A stretch of 21,955 nt of DNA, from positions 1-21,955 of the forward strand of contig JBHLRO010000037.1 of assembly GCA_048882505.1 (NCBI GenBank), in the 5' to 3' direction. The position numbers and the translations under genes are program-made. The stretch is from Candidatus Thorarchaeota archaeon. Lineage in GTDB: Archaea; Asgardarchaeota; Heimdallarchaeia; Hodarchaeales; Hodarchaeaceae. This document shows, in pieces, positions 1-8,529 of this stretch. Each line of letters opens with the position of its first letter. The stretch's first letter is position 1. The notes beneath the pieces were generated by a model that had not been told where the DNA came from, did no database searches, and saw only the letters and a list, made by a program, of their open reading frames with translations.

Positions 1-276
1 GGAATATACAGACTTTTGCCTCACCGCCCCCGTCGATCGCGAAGGAATATCCCGAATATGCCTCAGAATAAGCCCATCTCTTGTTAATTTTTCAAATTGC
101 GGATAAATGGTACCTGCCCTGATACTCAATTTACCCTGGGACAATTTCTTGATTTTTTTGATGAGGGAATATGCACTATGCTCGTGATCTTGCTCTAAAA
201 GGCTTAATATTAATAGAGTCGAGGTTGTTCTTCCAAGAAACTGATTGAACTCCGTTGAACCCTCTGGATCTGACAT
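1..276 (-). CDS. PadR-family winged-helix transcriptional regulator (3' end runs off the window start)
   Basis: Manual translation from ATG at 276, open to base 1: MSDPEGSTEFNQFLGRTTSTLLILSLLEQDHEHSAYSLIKKIKKLSQGKLSIRAGTIYPQFEKLTRDGLILRHIRDIPSRSTGAVRQKSVYS. The pattern LLILSLL...AYSLIKKI...GTIYPQFEKL..DGLI matches the PadR wHTH consensus. Absent from the ORF track because there is no stop in the window. Confidence 0.85.
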   Translation of the reverse strand, partial: MSDPEGSTEFNQFLGRTTSTLLILSLLEQDHEHSAYSLIKKIKKLSQGKLSIRAGTIYPQFEKLTRDGLILRHIRDIPSRSTGAVRQKSVYS

Positions 277-303
277 GACTTGCTAGAAAGCGATTCGGTC
301 TGG

Positions 304-338
304 ATTTATAAAGTATTCGATTTTCGAATATTCGAATA
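304..338 (-). promoter_or_regulatory. Putative TATA box and palindromic operator upstream of the PadR-like gene
   Basis: CTTTATAAAT on the - strand (304-313) lies about 30 nt upstream of the ATG. The perfect 14-bp palindrome TTCGAATATTCGAA (323-336) sits within three TTCGA units spaced about 8 bp apart. Confidence 0.45.
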
Positions 339-407
339 GCGATAATGTATCTTCTCCCAATCTCGTTGGATTTGAGGAATTCACGACTTTGCGATCTAGC
401 ATTTCTT

Positions 408-569
408 TTCCTTTTAGATGCGTCATACGTCATCGATTGCCCATAGATTCACCAACCTCCCCTCCAACAGCAGATAAAACAGTCTTATGATGGCCTCGAC
501 TTTAATCCCGTCAATGAAATCCTCCGTCAGAGTGAACAGACAAGCATAAATCCAAGAACATAACAGTGA
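408..569 (+). pseudogene. R1 copy 1: decayed relic of the 3' end of a HerA-like ATPase gene
   Basis: Translates FLLDASYVIDCP*IHQPPLQQQIKQSYDGLDFNPVNEILRQSE, versus FPLDVSHEVDWSRIHQHPLQQQIKQSYDGLVFNPVNEMLRRSQ at the end of 12534..14705. Bases 459-533 vs 14625-14699 are 67/75 identical. In-frame TAG at 444-446, no start codon. Confidence 0.9.
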
Positions 570-592
570 CATGACCGGGTAAAAACGAGACA

Positions 593-1015
593 TTAGAGAA
601 CTATCAAGTAGATGTTATTTAGAGCCATTAGTGTGAATAGGAACGCCGAGACCCAGATGAAACTCTCGAATAACATCAAGAAAAACTTATTTTTGCTCGA
701 ACTCTTCTTTAGGTCTTTAAAATCGTTTTTGAGAAGGCCTCTTATCTGGGGGTCTCTTAATAATAGAAAAGGATAGATTGTCACTGGTAATCCAATGAAT
801 GCAAAGACCATGAGAAATAACACCTGTAAGAGATCCAGGAAAATCATTCCGGCCATTAGAAAAGCCCTAGTACGGAACAAATAGGTGATCGTAACTAAAT
901 TAATTGAAAATATGGCATACCAAGCTGTATATAATATTATTCCAGCTCCAGGGCGTTTTTTCTTCTCAATTGAGTCGATAAACGATCTCTCAAGAAGCTG
1001 AAACAATTTCATCAC
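593..1015 (-). CDS. Hypothetical integral membrane protein (about 3 TM helices)
   Basis: 140-aa ORF with GAGGAGTG RBS just upstream and three long hydrophobic segments. No family recognised. Confidence 0.7.
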   Translation of the reverse strand: MMKLFQLLERSFIDSIEKKKRPGAGIILYTAWYAIFSINLVTITYLFRTRAFLMAGMIFLDLLQVLFLMVFAFIGLPVTIYPFLLLRDPQIRGLLKNDFKDLKKSSSKNKFFLMLFESFIWVSAFLFTLMALNNIYLIVL

Positions 1016-1107
1016 TCCTCATCCCCGTATTACGAGAATTGGCTGCAAGGGTTCCTGGGAGGATCGGCCGCTTGAGGGCATCGATGTACTATGAAAAGAC
1101 AACCCCA

Positions 1108-1485
1108 TCAGTAATAGTAACTCCGATGGAGAAAATCTGCCTTGAGGTACAACCTCTTTGCCTCTTGATCCTTGGGGTTGATCTGAAGCACCTGATAAAA
1201 ACAATAGGCGGCCAGCTCCCAATTTCCCTCCTGGAAAAGGGATTTGCCCCGGTTCTTCCACGAAATCCATGAAACATCCTTCGTCATAATGAGCGGGGAA
1301 TCGCAATACGGACAATTATCCAGGTCAACCCATTTCACACTCTCAAAACAACTCTCACAGATCAATCTATGACATACTGGACATTCCACTCGATTATTGC
1401 TTCCTCCGTACGTCTCTCCACATAGGCCGCAGAAAAACGAATCTTCTAGGACTTCGGGATCGGTTTTCATTACTTGTCCTGGCAT
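1108..1485 (-). CDS. RING-like (C4C4) zinc finger plus single TPR protein
   Basis: C-x2-C-x12-C-x2-C-x4-C-x2-C-x11-C-x2-C (CGLC...CPVC...CESC...CPYC), followed by a 34-aa TPR motif WKNRGKSLFQEGNWELAAYCFYQVLQINPKDQEA. AGAAGGTA precedes the ATG. Confidence 0.8.
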   Translation of the reverse strand: MPGQVMKTDPEVLEDSFFCGLCGETYGGSNNRVECPVCHRLICESCFESVKWVDLDNCPYCDSPLIMTKDVSWISWKNRGKSLFQEGNWELAAYCFYQVLQINPKDQEAKRLYLKADFLHRSYYY

Positions 1486-1632
1486 TTACCTTCTCTGTTT
1501 ATATTCCGAGTAATCGAGAAGCACCATCTCGTTCTTTAAACTTCCTATCCCAGATATCCGTACAATTGGGTACCTGGAAAATGAGAACTATCTGCAATTA
1601 GAACAGTTTTAGGAGGCGATTGGTTGTTGGTT

Positions 1633-2328
1633 TTAACTATTGATCGGATTTCTAGCCCTATCTAACCAAAAAGCTACTCCCGCAAATGCTAGGTAGAAAA
1701 ATTCGGAGCCAAGAGCAAGACCTTGTAAATCAATACCAGGTGGTGGGCTAGAAGTAACAAAGGTAAGGAGACCCACTATAAGAACCAGTATGAAAAGATG
1801 CATGCCATACCTGCTCACAAAGCCAGTGCCTGACGAAGTCGAATAGGTATAAATCAAAAACCCACCCACCAGAAAAGCTGCCTCTAAAGTAAGCGCAATT
1901 AAGAGAAAATTCCATACTCCTAATCCGATTTTAAAGTCAATCCCAGGGATGATCAATAAATCGGGTGTATGAACCAAAAAATCCACTACATAGTGGGAAA
2001 AGACGGCAATTCCAATCAAAAGAGAAGTATGGGTCTTTTCTGCATCGGATTTTGATGAGGTTCTAAGGACCACATATCGAAAAACAGAAAAGCTTGCAAT
2101 CGCCCAGAGGAGTGTTCCTAAAAGACTATGAGTAAAGGGTAAATCATAGAGATCGAAAAAAGAAGCTTCAGTGAAGCCAGGCACCAGTCTCGCATTTTCA
2201 ATCCCAAGGATAAGGAAGAGAAAAAACGCAATATCAACCAACTGAACCGCGAAGAATAAGACTCCGAGGGATAGAGTCTGATCATACCTCTTTAACGCCA
2301 TTGAAATACCATAATGCCCGACAAACAT
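1633..2328 (-). CDS. Membrane-bound metal-dependent hydrolase (YdjM-like)
   Basis: N-terminal GH motif, xDI motif, FTHSL and SHYVVD His/Asp motifs set in multiple TM helices, the pattern typical of this family. Confidence 0.75.
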   Translation of the reverse strand: MFVGHYGISMALKRYDQTLSLGVLFFAVQLVDIAFFLFLILGIENARLVPGFTEASFFDLYDLPFTHSLLGTLLWAIASFSVFRYVVLRTSSKSDAEKTHTSLLIGIAVFSHYVVDFLVHTPDLLIIPGIDFKIGLGVWNFLLIALTLEAAFLVGGFLIYTYSTSSGTGFVSRYGMHLFILVLIVGLLTFVTSSPPPGIDLQGLALGSEFFYLAFAGVAFWLDRARNPINS

Positions 2329-2593
2329 CTTTAGACCGTCTCGTCAACCTTAAAACTGGAAATACGCTGGAAAACTCTGAATCGCCAGCTTTTCATTTAC
2401 TAAAACCTACCTAGGAATGGAGTTTTATGGATTTGGCTCATTGAATAAGGTAAGAAAGCTCACAGTCCAAGACTGAAAGAGAATAATATCTCCCTTCTTG
2501 CTAGAAATTTAACTCCCTCTGGCATTCGTGCCTTGTTTCTCGGGTCGATAAAGGCAATTCGAACTCTTCGTGCTTTTTTTTGGTAAGGTGCGC

Positions 2594-2659
2594 CCTAGAG
2601 AAATTCTCCGGATAATGCCATCCGTGTGATATCAAAAAGGGATTTCCTTGTAGTACCGC
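2594..2659. repeat. R2 copy 1: 66-bp dispersed direct repeat
   Basis: CCTAGAGAAATTCTCCGGATAATGCCATCCGTGTGATATCAAAAAGGGATTTCCTTGTAGTACCGC, 61/66 identical to 5449-5514. Confidence 0.9.
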
Positions 2660-2780
2660 CTTAAAAAACCGTCCTCCGCTATTATTGAATGTTCACTGGA
2701 TTCCGAACTCACTTGGGAATGGTGATAGTTAGATGTCCACAGTGGAAAAAAAAGAGAATGAAGAGCAGTTAGACAGGTCA

Positions 2781-3167
2781 TTACTCCGAGGTCTTGCTTG
2801 GCACCGCAAAAGAGATCGAAAAAAGATATTCGTGATATGCAAGATACCCGTATCTAGTCCCGTTTACCACCAATAACTCATTATTAATCGAGTCTATTTC
2901 TGACAATGAAATGCGTAGCCAAACACGCGTTTTATTTTGAGAGGGGTCAATAATCTGATCTATAGCTCGTTTCAGGGTAGGATTTGAGGTCAAATCATAT
3001 TCCGTGAGGTTAATATACTCATATTGAGCCGGATCTTCTTCAATGAGGTCAAGTGATATAACACCACCCTGATCAGGTAAATCTAGAACATAATACCCGA
3101 TAAAGGCAACCATGACAAGACCTAGCGTTGACAATGCCAGTAATGCAATAACCTTAGCTTTTCTCAT
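2781..3167 (-). CDS. Hypothetical secreted or membrane-anchored protein
   Basis: 128 aa with a basic N-terminus plus hydrophobic signal/anchor, then an acidic domain with N-x-S/T sequons (NLT, NKT, NGT). Confidence 0.7.
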   Translation of the reverse strand: MRKAKVIALLALSTLGLVMVAFIGYYVLDLPDQGGVISLDLIEEDPAQYEYINLTEYDLTSNPTLKRAIDQIIDPSQNKTRVWLRISLSEIDSINNELLVVNGTRYGYLAYHEYLFSISFAVPSKTSE

Positions 3168-3412
3168 TAAGGACGCTCCTGATTCCTTTAAACTACGTCA
3201 TCTGGTTCTTTTTTTCCCAGAAATAATATATAACAGCTCCTTTCTTTATGCCTATGCGAATTATTTCTTCAAGACTATCATTCCCCACTCCTCTCCTCCG
3301 AGGCTGGTGGTTAGGTTTACCACTCTACGTCGAAAATGAGATTGGGCTTCCCCTTTCAGTCTTATTGCAAGTGCCCCGACAGTCTCATTCTGATGTATGA
3401 CGAAAAACGCTT

Positions 3413-5299
3413 CTATCTAGGGCCCCCCTTCTCGCTTTTCTTTGATTGTTTCCTTTTGTAAAGCAATACAAGAAGAAGGCCCACTGTAGGTGGTGGAATC
3501 AACACCAGAGCAAAAATGACCATGAAGGATACAAAACGATTAAAGGGATTGAAAACAGGATTTTTGGGATCTAATAAGAATTGTCCCACTTCTTCTCCGT
3601 CCAGGGCCCCGTCATTGTCCGTATCAGGGTTAACAGGATCTGTAGCCAATTGAAATTCTTCATAATTGGTTAATCCATCACTGTCATTATCCAATAGGGC
3701 ATCACTAGGATTATTTGGATCAAAACCGTATCCTACCTCCCATCCATCAGGCAACTTATCTTCATCACTGTCAGGATTGGAGACATTGGTACCAAACCTG
3801 TCCTCCGAATAGTCAGATAAGAAATCTTGATCCTTGTCCACATATAATAGATTTCTGGTCCTGTCAAAAGACATTGTCCCCCCGTATCCTTGCCAATAAA
3901 TACGCTGCCCAGTAATCGGTGGATCAAGAACATAAAGACAACCATCCTCGCTCCCCACCACAATTTCCATATCCCCATCCCCATCGACATCGCCTAACGC
4001 GGGTGAAGAAACCACACCCGCACCAGTCTGGTAGGTCCAAAGACCTGAGCCATCCTCCCCATTGATGGCATGAATTTTACCATCCCAACGACCCACCACA
4101 ACCTCCAGCTTGTTATCTCCATCGATATCCCCCAATGCCGGCGAGGAATAGCCACCAGCATGGGGTGTGCTGTAAGCCCACCGCAAGGAGCCGTCCTCGC
4201 CATTTAAGGCATACACGCGTTGGCCATAGGTGCTCCCAAAGATCACTTCGAGCTGGCCATCGAGGTCAATATCACCTAATGCTGGCGAGGACCAAATATC
4301 CCCGGGGGTCTTGAACTTCCAGATCACAGTTCCATCTACCCCATTTAACGCGTACATGTGATCATCACCGCTGCCAAAGATGACATCTAGCATTCCATCG
4401 TTATTGATATCGTATAACGAGGGAGACGAAAAAGCAATAGTATCGGTCATGTTACGACTCCAAAGGAGCGATCCATTTTTGCCGTCAAACATATGGATTG
4501 AACTCCCGAAGGCCGGATTCTCCATGTGGGTAGGTCTGAAAGTGGATTGAATTACCACATTTAATATCCCATCACCATTCAAGTCTCCAACAGCAGGTGA
4601 GGTGCCCAAAAGTGAATCTCTTGTACTGAAATCCCACGAGAGCGAGCCATCCTCTCCGTTTAGCACGAACAAGTTGGGGGCACGTGCTAAAATCCCAAAG
4701 GTTACCTCATACTTGCCATCGCCGTCAAGGTCGATCACAGCGGGGGACGAAAAATCCAATCCACGATTGATTGCATATTTCCATAATATCGACCCATTTT
4801 CCCCATTAAGGGCATAAATGTAACTCTCACCTCCTCCTGAATCACCAATAACAATTTCTACTCTTCCATCGTTATCTAGATCTGCTACCGCTGGCGATGA
4901 ATCAAGTGTCCCACCCATTTGAAATGCCCACAATAATGCAGCTGTCTGACCATCTGCTGCATATAAAAATCCATCGCCACTCCCGAAAATGACCTCCAGT
5001 TCATCTTCATCTGCATCTAAATTCGCAAGGGCAGGTGAGGGAGTGACCGTGCCTTCTGTTCCGTATATCCATAGTGAAGGCGGTGCGGATGTTTTTAATG
5101 GCGATATATTAGCTTGATTGATGTGTGCTCGTTCATTAAACCTCCCTGAGGATGGAATCAACCCATTCCTATCGGTAACAAGAGACGTAGTAGAAATGAT
5201 GAAAATTATAAGAAAAACTGTACAGAAATGTCGCATCCTGAGATCAAACGAACGTTGCCCAACGGAATTTTGGCAGACAGTTCTTCCCATCATTTCCAC
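3413..5299 (-). CDS. Cell-surface FG-GAP/PQQ-like beta-propeller protein with thrombospondin-type-3-like Ca-binding repeats and C-terminal TM anchor
   Basis: Eight repeats of SSPAL.D.D.DG..E.V.GS.DG..YAL.G.DG..LW, then DxDxDGLxDxxE/DPxNPDTD repeats, then a hydrophobic helix and basic tail KRKQSKK. The true start may be the ATG at 5236 (MRHFCTVF..., signal-like). Confidence 0.88.
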   Translation of the reverse strand: MEMMGRTVCQNSVGQRSFDLRMRHFCTVFLIIFIISTTSLVTDRNGLIPSSGRFNERAHINQANISPLKTSAPPSLWIYGTEGTVTPSPALANLDADEDELEVIFGSGDGFLYAADGQTAALLWAFQMGGTLDSSPAVADLDNDGRVEIVIGDSGGGESYIYALNGENGSILWKYAINRGLDFSSPAVIDLDGDGKYEVTFGILARAPNLFVLNGEDGSLSWDFSTRDSLLGTSPAVGDLNGDGILNVVIQSTFRPTHMENPAFGSSIHMFDGKNGSLLWSRNMTDTIAFSSPSLYDINNDGMLDVIFGSGDDHMYALNGVDGTVIWKFKTPGDIWSSPALGDIDLDGQLEVIFGSTYGQRVYALNGEDGSLRWAYSTPHAGGYSSPALGDIDGDNKLEVVVGRWDGKIHAINGEDGSGLWTYQTGAGVVSSPALGDVDGDGDMEIVVGSEDGCLYVLDPPITGQRIYWQGYGGTMSFDRTRNLLYVDKDQDFLSDYSEDRFGTNVSNPDSDEDKLPDGWEVGYGFDPNNPSDALLDNDSDGLTNYEEFQLATDPVNPDTDNDGALDGEEVGQFLLDPKNPVFNPFNRFVSFMVIFALVLIPPPTVGLLLVLLYKRKQSKKSEKGGPR

Positions 5300-5448
5300 C
5301 CTACTGCAAGATTATCTTAAATCCCGTAGGTAGCCCTACGAGCATTACCCAATGAAAAACCAAGGAATAAAAATCCTTTTCCCATGGATCCAAACCCTCT
5401 AGAGGTTCTCCTTATGCGCCATCTACGGACACTAAAAACAGAGAATAG

Positions 5449-5514
5449 CCTAGAGAAACTCTCCGGATAATGCCATCCGCATGATATCAAAAAAGGATTT
5501 CCTCGTAGTACCGC
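5449..5514. repeat. R2 copy 2: 66-bp dispersed direct repeat
   Basis: CCTAGAGAAACTCTCCGGATAATGCCATCCGCATGATATCAAAAAAGGATTTCCTCGTAGTACCGC. Five mismatches to copy 1, all transitions. Confidence 0.9.
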
Positions 5515-5562
5515 TTCGATCGTTGCGTAAGCAACCACTTTTTTTTTCAAATCAAGGGAAGC

Positions 5563-5607
5563 TTTTATTCCTCGAAAGTTTTGGATTCGAAGGTTTGCCA
5601 CCTTCAC
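5563..5607 (-). pseudogene. Possible N-terminal relic of an OLD/SMC/AAA_15-type ABC ATPase
   Basis: GTG start gives (M)KVANLRIQNFRGIK, matching the usual first strands (MKI..I.I.NFRGI) of these ATPases. No Walker A follows. Confidence 0.4.
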
Positions 5608-5652
5608 ATGTTTTTTGAAATAATGTGTATTGAATGAAATAGTGATTGATTT

Positions 5653-6342
5653 ATGGTGAATGAGCTCAGGATTCAAATTCAACACGATTCTCCTCACCTT
5701 AATTTTTCAAAATCCTTCTTAGATACAGACCTTTATGGCTATTGCAATTCAAAATTCGATATATTAATGATTCCAAGTAAACTTAATGGACAAAAATTGG
5801 AAATAGCAAAAGAATATTATCCAAATACTCAGGATTGGAAAATTACAACTATTGAGAGTAATCCAACAACGATTTCATATATTAGCATGAACTGCCTGTG
5901 TGATAAAACGATAAATTCCCAGATACAACAACAAGGAGGAATATCCATTTATCCAATCCGATTTTCTAAAGGCTGGAGTCATTATCAGATCGTTTGTTTA
6001 GACAATTCCATATTATCGTCTGTGCTGCAAGTCTTACAAACCTATCCACACACAAAAATTAATTCGATAAGGGAATTAGAATCTAACGGGATTTTTCCTT
6101 CTCAAATGATATCTACTACGGAATTCACTAGTGATTTAACACAACATCAACTTTCAATCCTAATTAGGGCGTTTGAAGAAGGATACTATGAAATTCCAAG
6201 AAGGATTAGAACTCAAGACCTTGCGGTGGAATTTAAGGTCTCTAGGTACGCGGTGGAGAAAACTCTTCGAAAGGCCGAAAACAAGTTATTCACTTCACTC
6301 ATGCCCTATCTTTTACTTAAGAAGAGTTTAATCGAGAATTAA
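5653..6342 (+). CDS. Bacterio-opsin-activator-like (HTH_10) transcriptional regulator
   Basis: C-terminal LTQHQLSILIRAFEEGYYEIPRRIRTQDLAVEFKVSRYAVEKTLRKAENKL is the characteristic archaeal HTH_10 motif (LT.RQ...L..A...GY...PR...L..LA). Confidence 0.88.
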   Translation: MVNELRIQIQHDSPHLNFSKSFLDTDLYGYCNSKFDILMIPSKLNGQKLEIAKEYYPNTQDWKITTIESNPTTISYISMNCLCDKTINSQIQQQGGISIYPIRFSKGWSHYQIVCLDNSILSSVLQVLQTYPHTKINSIRELESNGIFPSQMISTTEFTSDLTQHQLSILIRAFEEGYYEIPRRIRTQDLAVEFKVSRYAVEKTLRKAENKLFTSLMPYLLLKKSLIEN

Positions 6343-6540
6343 ATCCGGAAATACGCAATTCTGAATAGATGTGTTGAATTTAGATCCTAAAAAATGAAGG
6401 AAATCGGAAGCTATTCTTGAGTCGATTTTTGTTTTTTACTTCCTTAGGCCTTACTCTCCTCTAGGAAACCGTCGGACACAGTACTCATGTCCTTATAATG
6501 TAGTTGCATATGCTACCAATCTCCTTTTCCCAATCAGAAG

Positions 6541-7467
6541 ATGTTGATATTTCATAAGTGTACTGCTAGTCTTAGGAGAGTTTATTATTTGGATCTGATC
6601 ATAATTGCTGTTTTCGCTCTCTTTTTACGAATCTTTTTGTTAGGCTCTGAAAGGATTTTCTTAAAACAGCTTGAAGAATATGATTCGGTGATAATCAGCG
6701 CGGTATTCTTTTTAACTGGATCCTTTTTCTTGCTCCCTATTTTTTTAGTAATCCCTCAAGAAACACTTCTAACAGGATTGGAGGATTTACAATTCGCGCT
6801 GATCAGTTCATTTATTTATACATTCGGCTTTTTTGCGTATGTAAAGGCATTATCTGAGGAGGATGCTTCTTTAATAGCTCCTCTTTATAACGCATCCCTA
6901 CTTTGGTTACTGGTATTAAGTGTACTTTTTCTAGGGGAGGATGTCGGAATATTCCGCGTATTCGGAGCATTTATAATGTTTATTGGAGTTTTTTTCTTAT
7001 ATCCTGGCAAAATCACAGAAAAATTCCATAAGATTCGAGAATCAAAAGCCTCTTTATTGATGATTGGAGGATCATTTTTTTTGGCATTGGGAAGGACAAT
7101 TGATACTTTCGCCATACGTACAATTGATTCAAGAGTCTATGCTTTCTCTATCCTTTTTTTTGCCGGACTGTTTTTCTTAGGTATTGCTATCTTTACCAAA
7201 AAGTGTAATGATGGCTTTCTTGCCTTGAAAAACGACCTCAAGACCATCCTTTGCGCTGGTTTTACTAATGGATGGGCTTATATTATGCTATTGATTGCGA
7301 TTGCCGGATTGGAAGTAACTGTTGCAGAACCCGCTTCCTTGCTCTCAGTTTTTGTTACCGCATTCCTAGCTAAATTATTTTTAAAGGAAGAAATCGAAGA
7401 GCGATTATTTGGCATGGTCCTAATGGTTTTAGGAGCCATTTTGTTGGTTATAAAGATACCAATATGA
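6541..7467 (+). CDS. EamA/DMT family transporter
   Basis: About 10 TM helices in two repeats, each ending in the DMT motif (LSVLFLGED; AKLFLKEE). The start may be the TTG near 6589 downstream of GGAG. Confidence 0.88.
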   Translation: MLIFHKCTASLRRVYYLDLIIIAVFALFLRIFLLGSERIFLKQLEEYDSVIISAVFFLTGSFFLLPIFLVIPQETLLTGLEDLQFALISSFIYTFGFFAYVKALSEEDASLIAPLYNASLLWLLVLSVLFLGEDVGIFRVFGAFIMFIGVFFLYPGKITEKFHKIRESKASLLMIGGSFFLALGRTIDTFAIRTIDSRVYAFSILFFAGLFFLGIAIFTKKCNDGFLALKNDLKTILCAGFTNGWAYIMLLIAIAGLEVTVAEPASLLSVFVTAFLAKLFLKEEIEERLFGMVLMVLGAILLVIKIPI

Positions 7468-7721
7468 CAAAGCGAGTAAGAAGTTTCGATTCAAGCTGTG
7501 TTATATAACGAAAAGGCCACCATTAATAGATGTATAAACGTCACGAACACTGAGTTTTAATTGACTATCAAAGCCCGTCTTACCGCAAATAACACAAACC
7601 CTCCGTGGAAACTCATACAATTGGCATTTCTTACGGTATTCGTGGAATCCGTGCAAAAAGCTTCCGGAGTGCCTTATATTTGCTTCGAGAAACTATCTAC
7701 TAAACGATGAAAACAATTGGT

Positions 7722-8468
7722 TTACAATGAAGTGACAACTATTCTCTCGATTAAACGCCCTTTTAAAGCCAGTGTCGTAATCAAACCTATAGTGCCCATA
7801 ACCAGTGATGTCGCAACTATTGGTCCCGTTGTCACTAGAATTGTCGGGTCGTCAATGATTACCATAAATAACAGTGGAATCCAATATGCAGAAATTATCG
7901 TAGCCACAAATATCAATACGACATACTTCTCTGAAAGGATTAGGGCAATGAGATATATTATATAACTTAGGGACAACGCAAGAACCAAAGCCAATCCTAA
8001 TATCATGATTATAAAAAATGGATCTAAAAAACCTACAAATAAAATCGTTGAAATGTAGTTCACGAATACGAATACGAATACCACGGTTAAAATGATCGGG
8101 GTCATGGCAACAAAACGGTAAAAGACTACCTCCAGTTTGGACATGGGAGCCATAAAGATTTGCTCCGTAACCTTGTCTATCTTTTCCGTTGAAATAAATA
8201 TAATAGAGGTGAAAGCCGCTATTGTAGCATACGTGGATGTAGATGAAATAAGCATTAATTTTACCATTTCGCCTATCAATGATTGTGGCACATCAGGGGT
8301 TAGCGGTGGTGAACCAGGGGGCAAGTCTAAAGATGTCAACAATTCATTAAGTCTACTTAGATATGCCCATTGGAGAAAAACAAACGGGATGATAAAAAGT
8401 AACATCTGAAATCTTATGGTTCTGAATATAAATCCTGTCTCATTGAGGATGAATCTTATTTTGTTCAT
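7722..8468 (-). CDS. ABC-2 type exporter permease (paralog 2)
   Basis: Multi-TM protein with EK.DKVTEQIFMAPMSKLEVVFYRF (ABC-2 permease E...gt.e.l...P.s pattern). Third gene of the ABC operon. Confidence 0.82.
   Translation of the reverse strand: MNKIRFILNETGFIFRTIRFQMLLFIIPFVFLQWAYLSRLNELLTSLDLPPGSPPLTPDVPQSLIGEMVKLMLISSTSTYATIAAFTSIIFISTEKIDKVTEQIFMAPMSKLEVVFYRFVAMTPIILTVVFVFVFVNYISTILFVGFLDPFFIIMILGLALVLALSLSYIIYLIALILSEKYVVLIFVATIISAYWIPLLFMVIIDDPTILVTTGPIVATSLVMGTIGLITTLALKGRLIERIVVTSL
8032..8178. repeat. 147-bp tract identical to 8840-8986 inside the paralogous permease
   Basis: Base-by-base identity over 147 nt (offset 808), while the flanking parts of the two genes are clearly diverged. 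Confidence 0.9.
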
Positions 8469-8529
8469 TTTTTCAGTCCTTAACCTCCATTCGAATTGAT
8501 TAAGGTCATAAACAGCTCCATATCCTAAT

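Noticed and set aside
176-433. 85-aa ORF on the - strand
   Set aside because: Overlaps the PadR gene in another frame and its promoter; no recognisable motif.
1019-1315. Overlapping ORFs 1019..1315, 1039..1272 and 1089..1277
   Set aside because: Shadow frames over the RING-TPR gene, which has clear motifs.
2594-2659. R2 read as an IS66-like transposase end (alternative frame AVLQGNPFL)
   Set aside because: The mismatches between copies are mostly non-synonymous in that frame, and no GTAA-type terminal inverted repeat or transposase sequence is present.
5317-5697. 126-aa ORF from the track
   Set aside because: Overlaps the HTH_10 start and its promoter and is a patchwork of the NFRGIK relic and R2; unlikely to be a real protein.
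7577-7606. Possible fifth R1 copy (GTCTT...CTCCGT with the same spacing as R1)
   Set aside because: The diagnostic AAYCCCGTCAAT core and the aligned TGA are missing; similarity is within chance.
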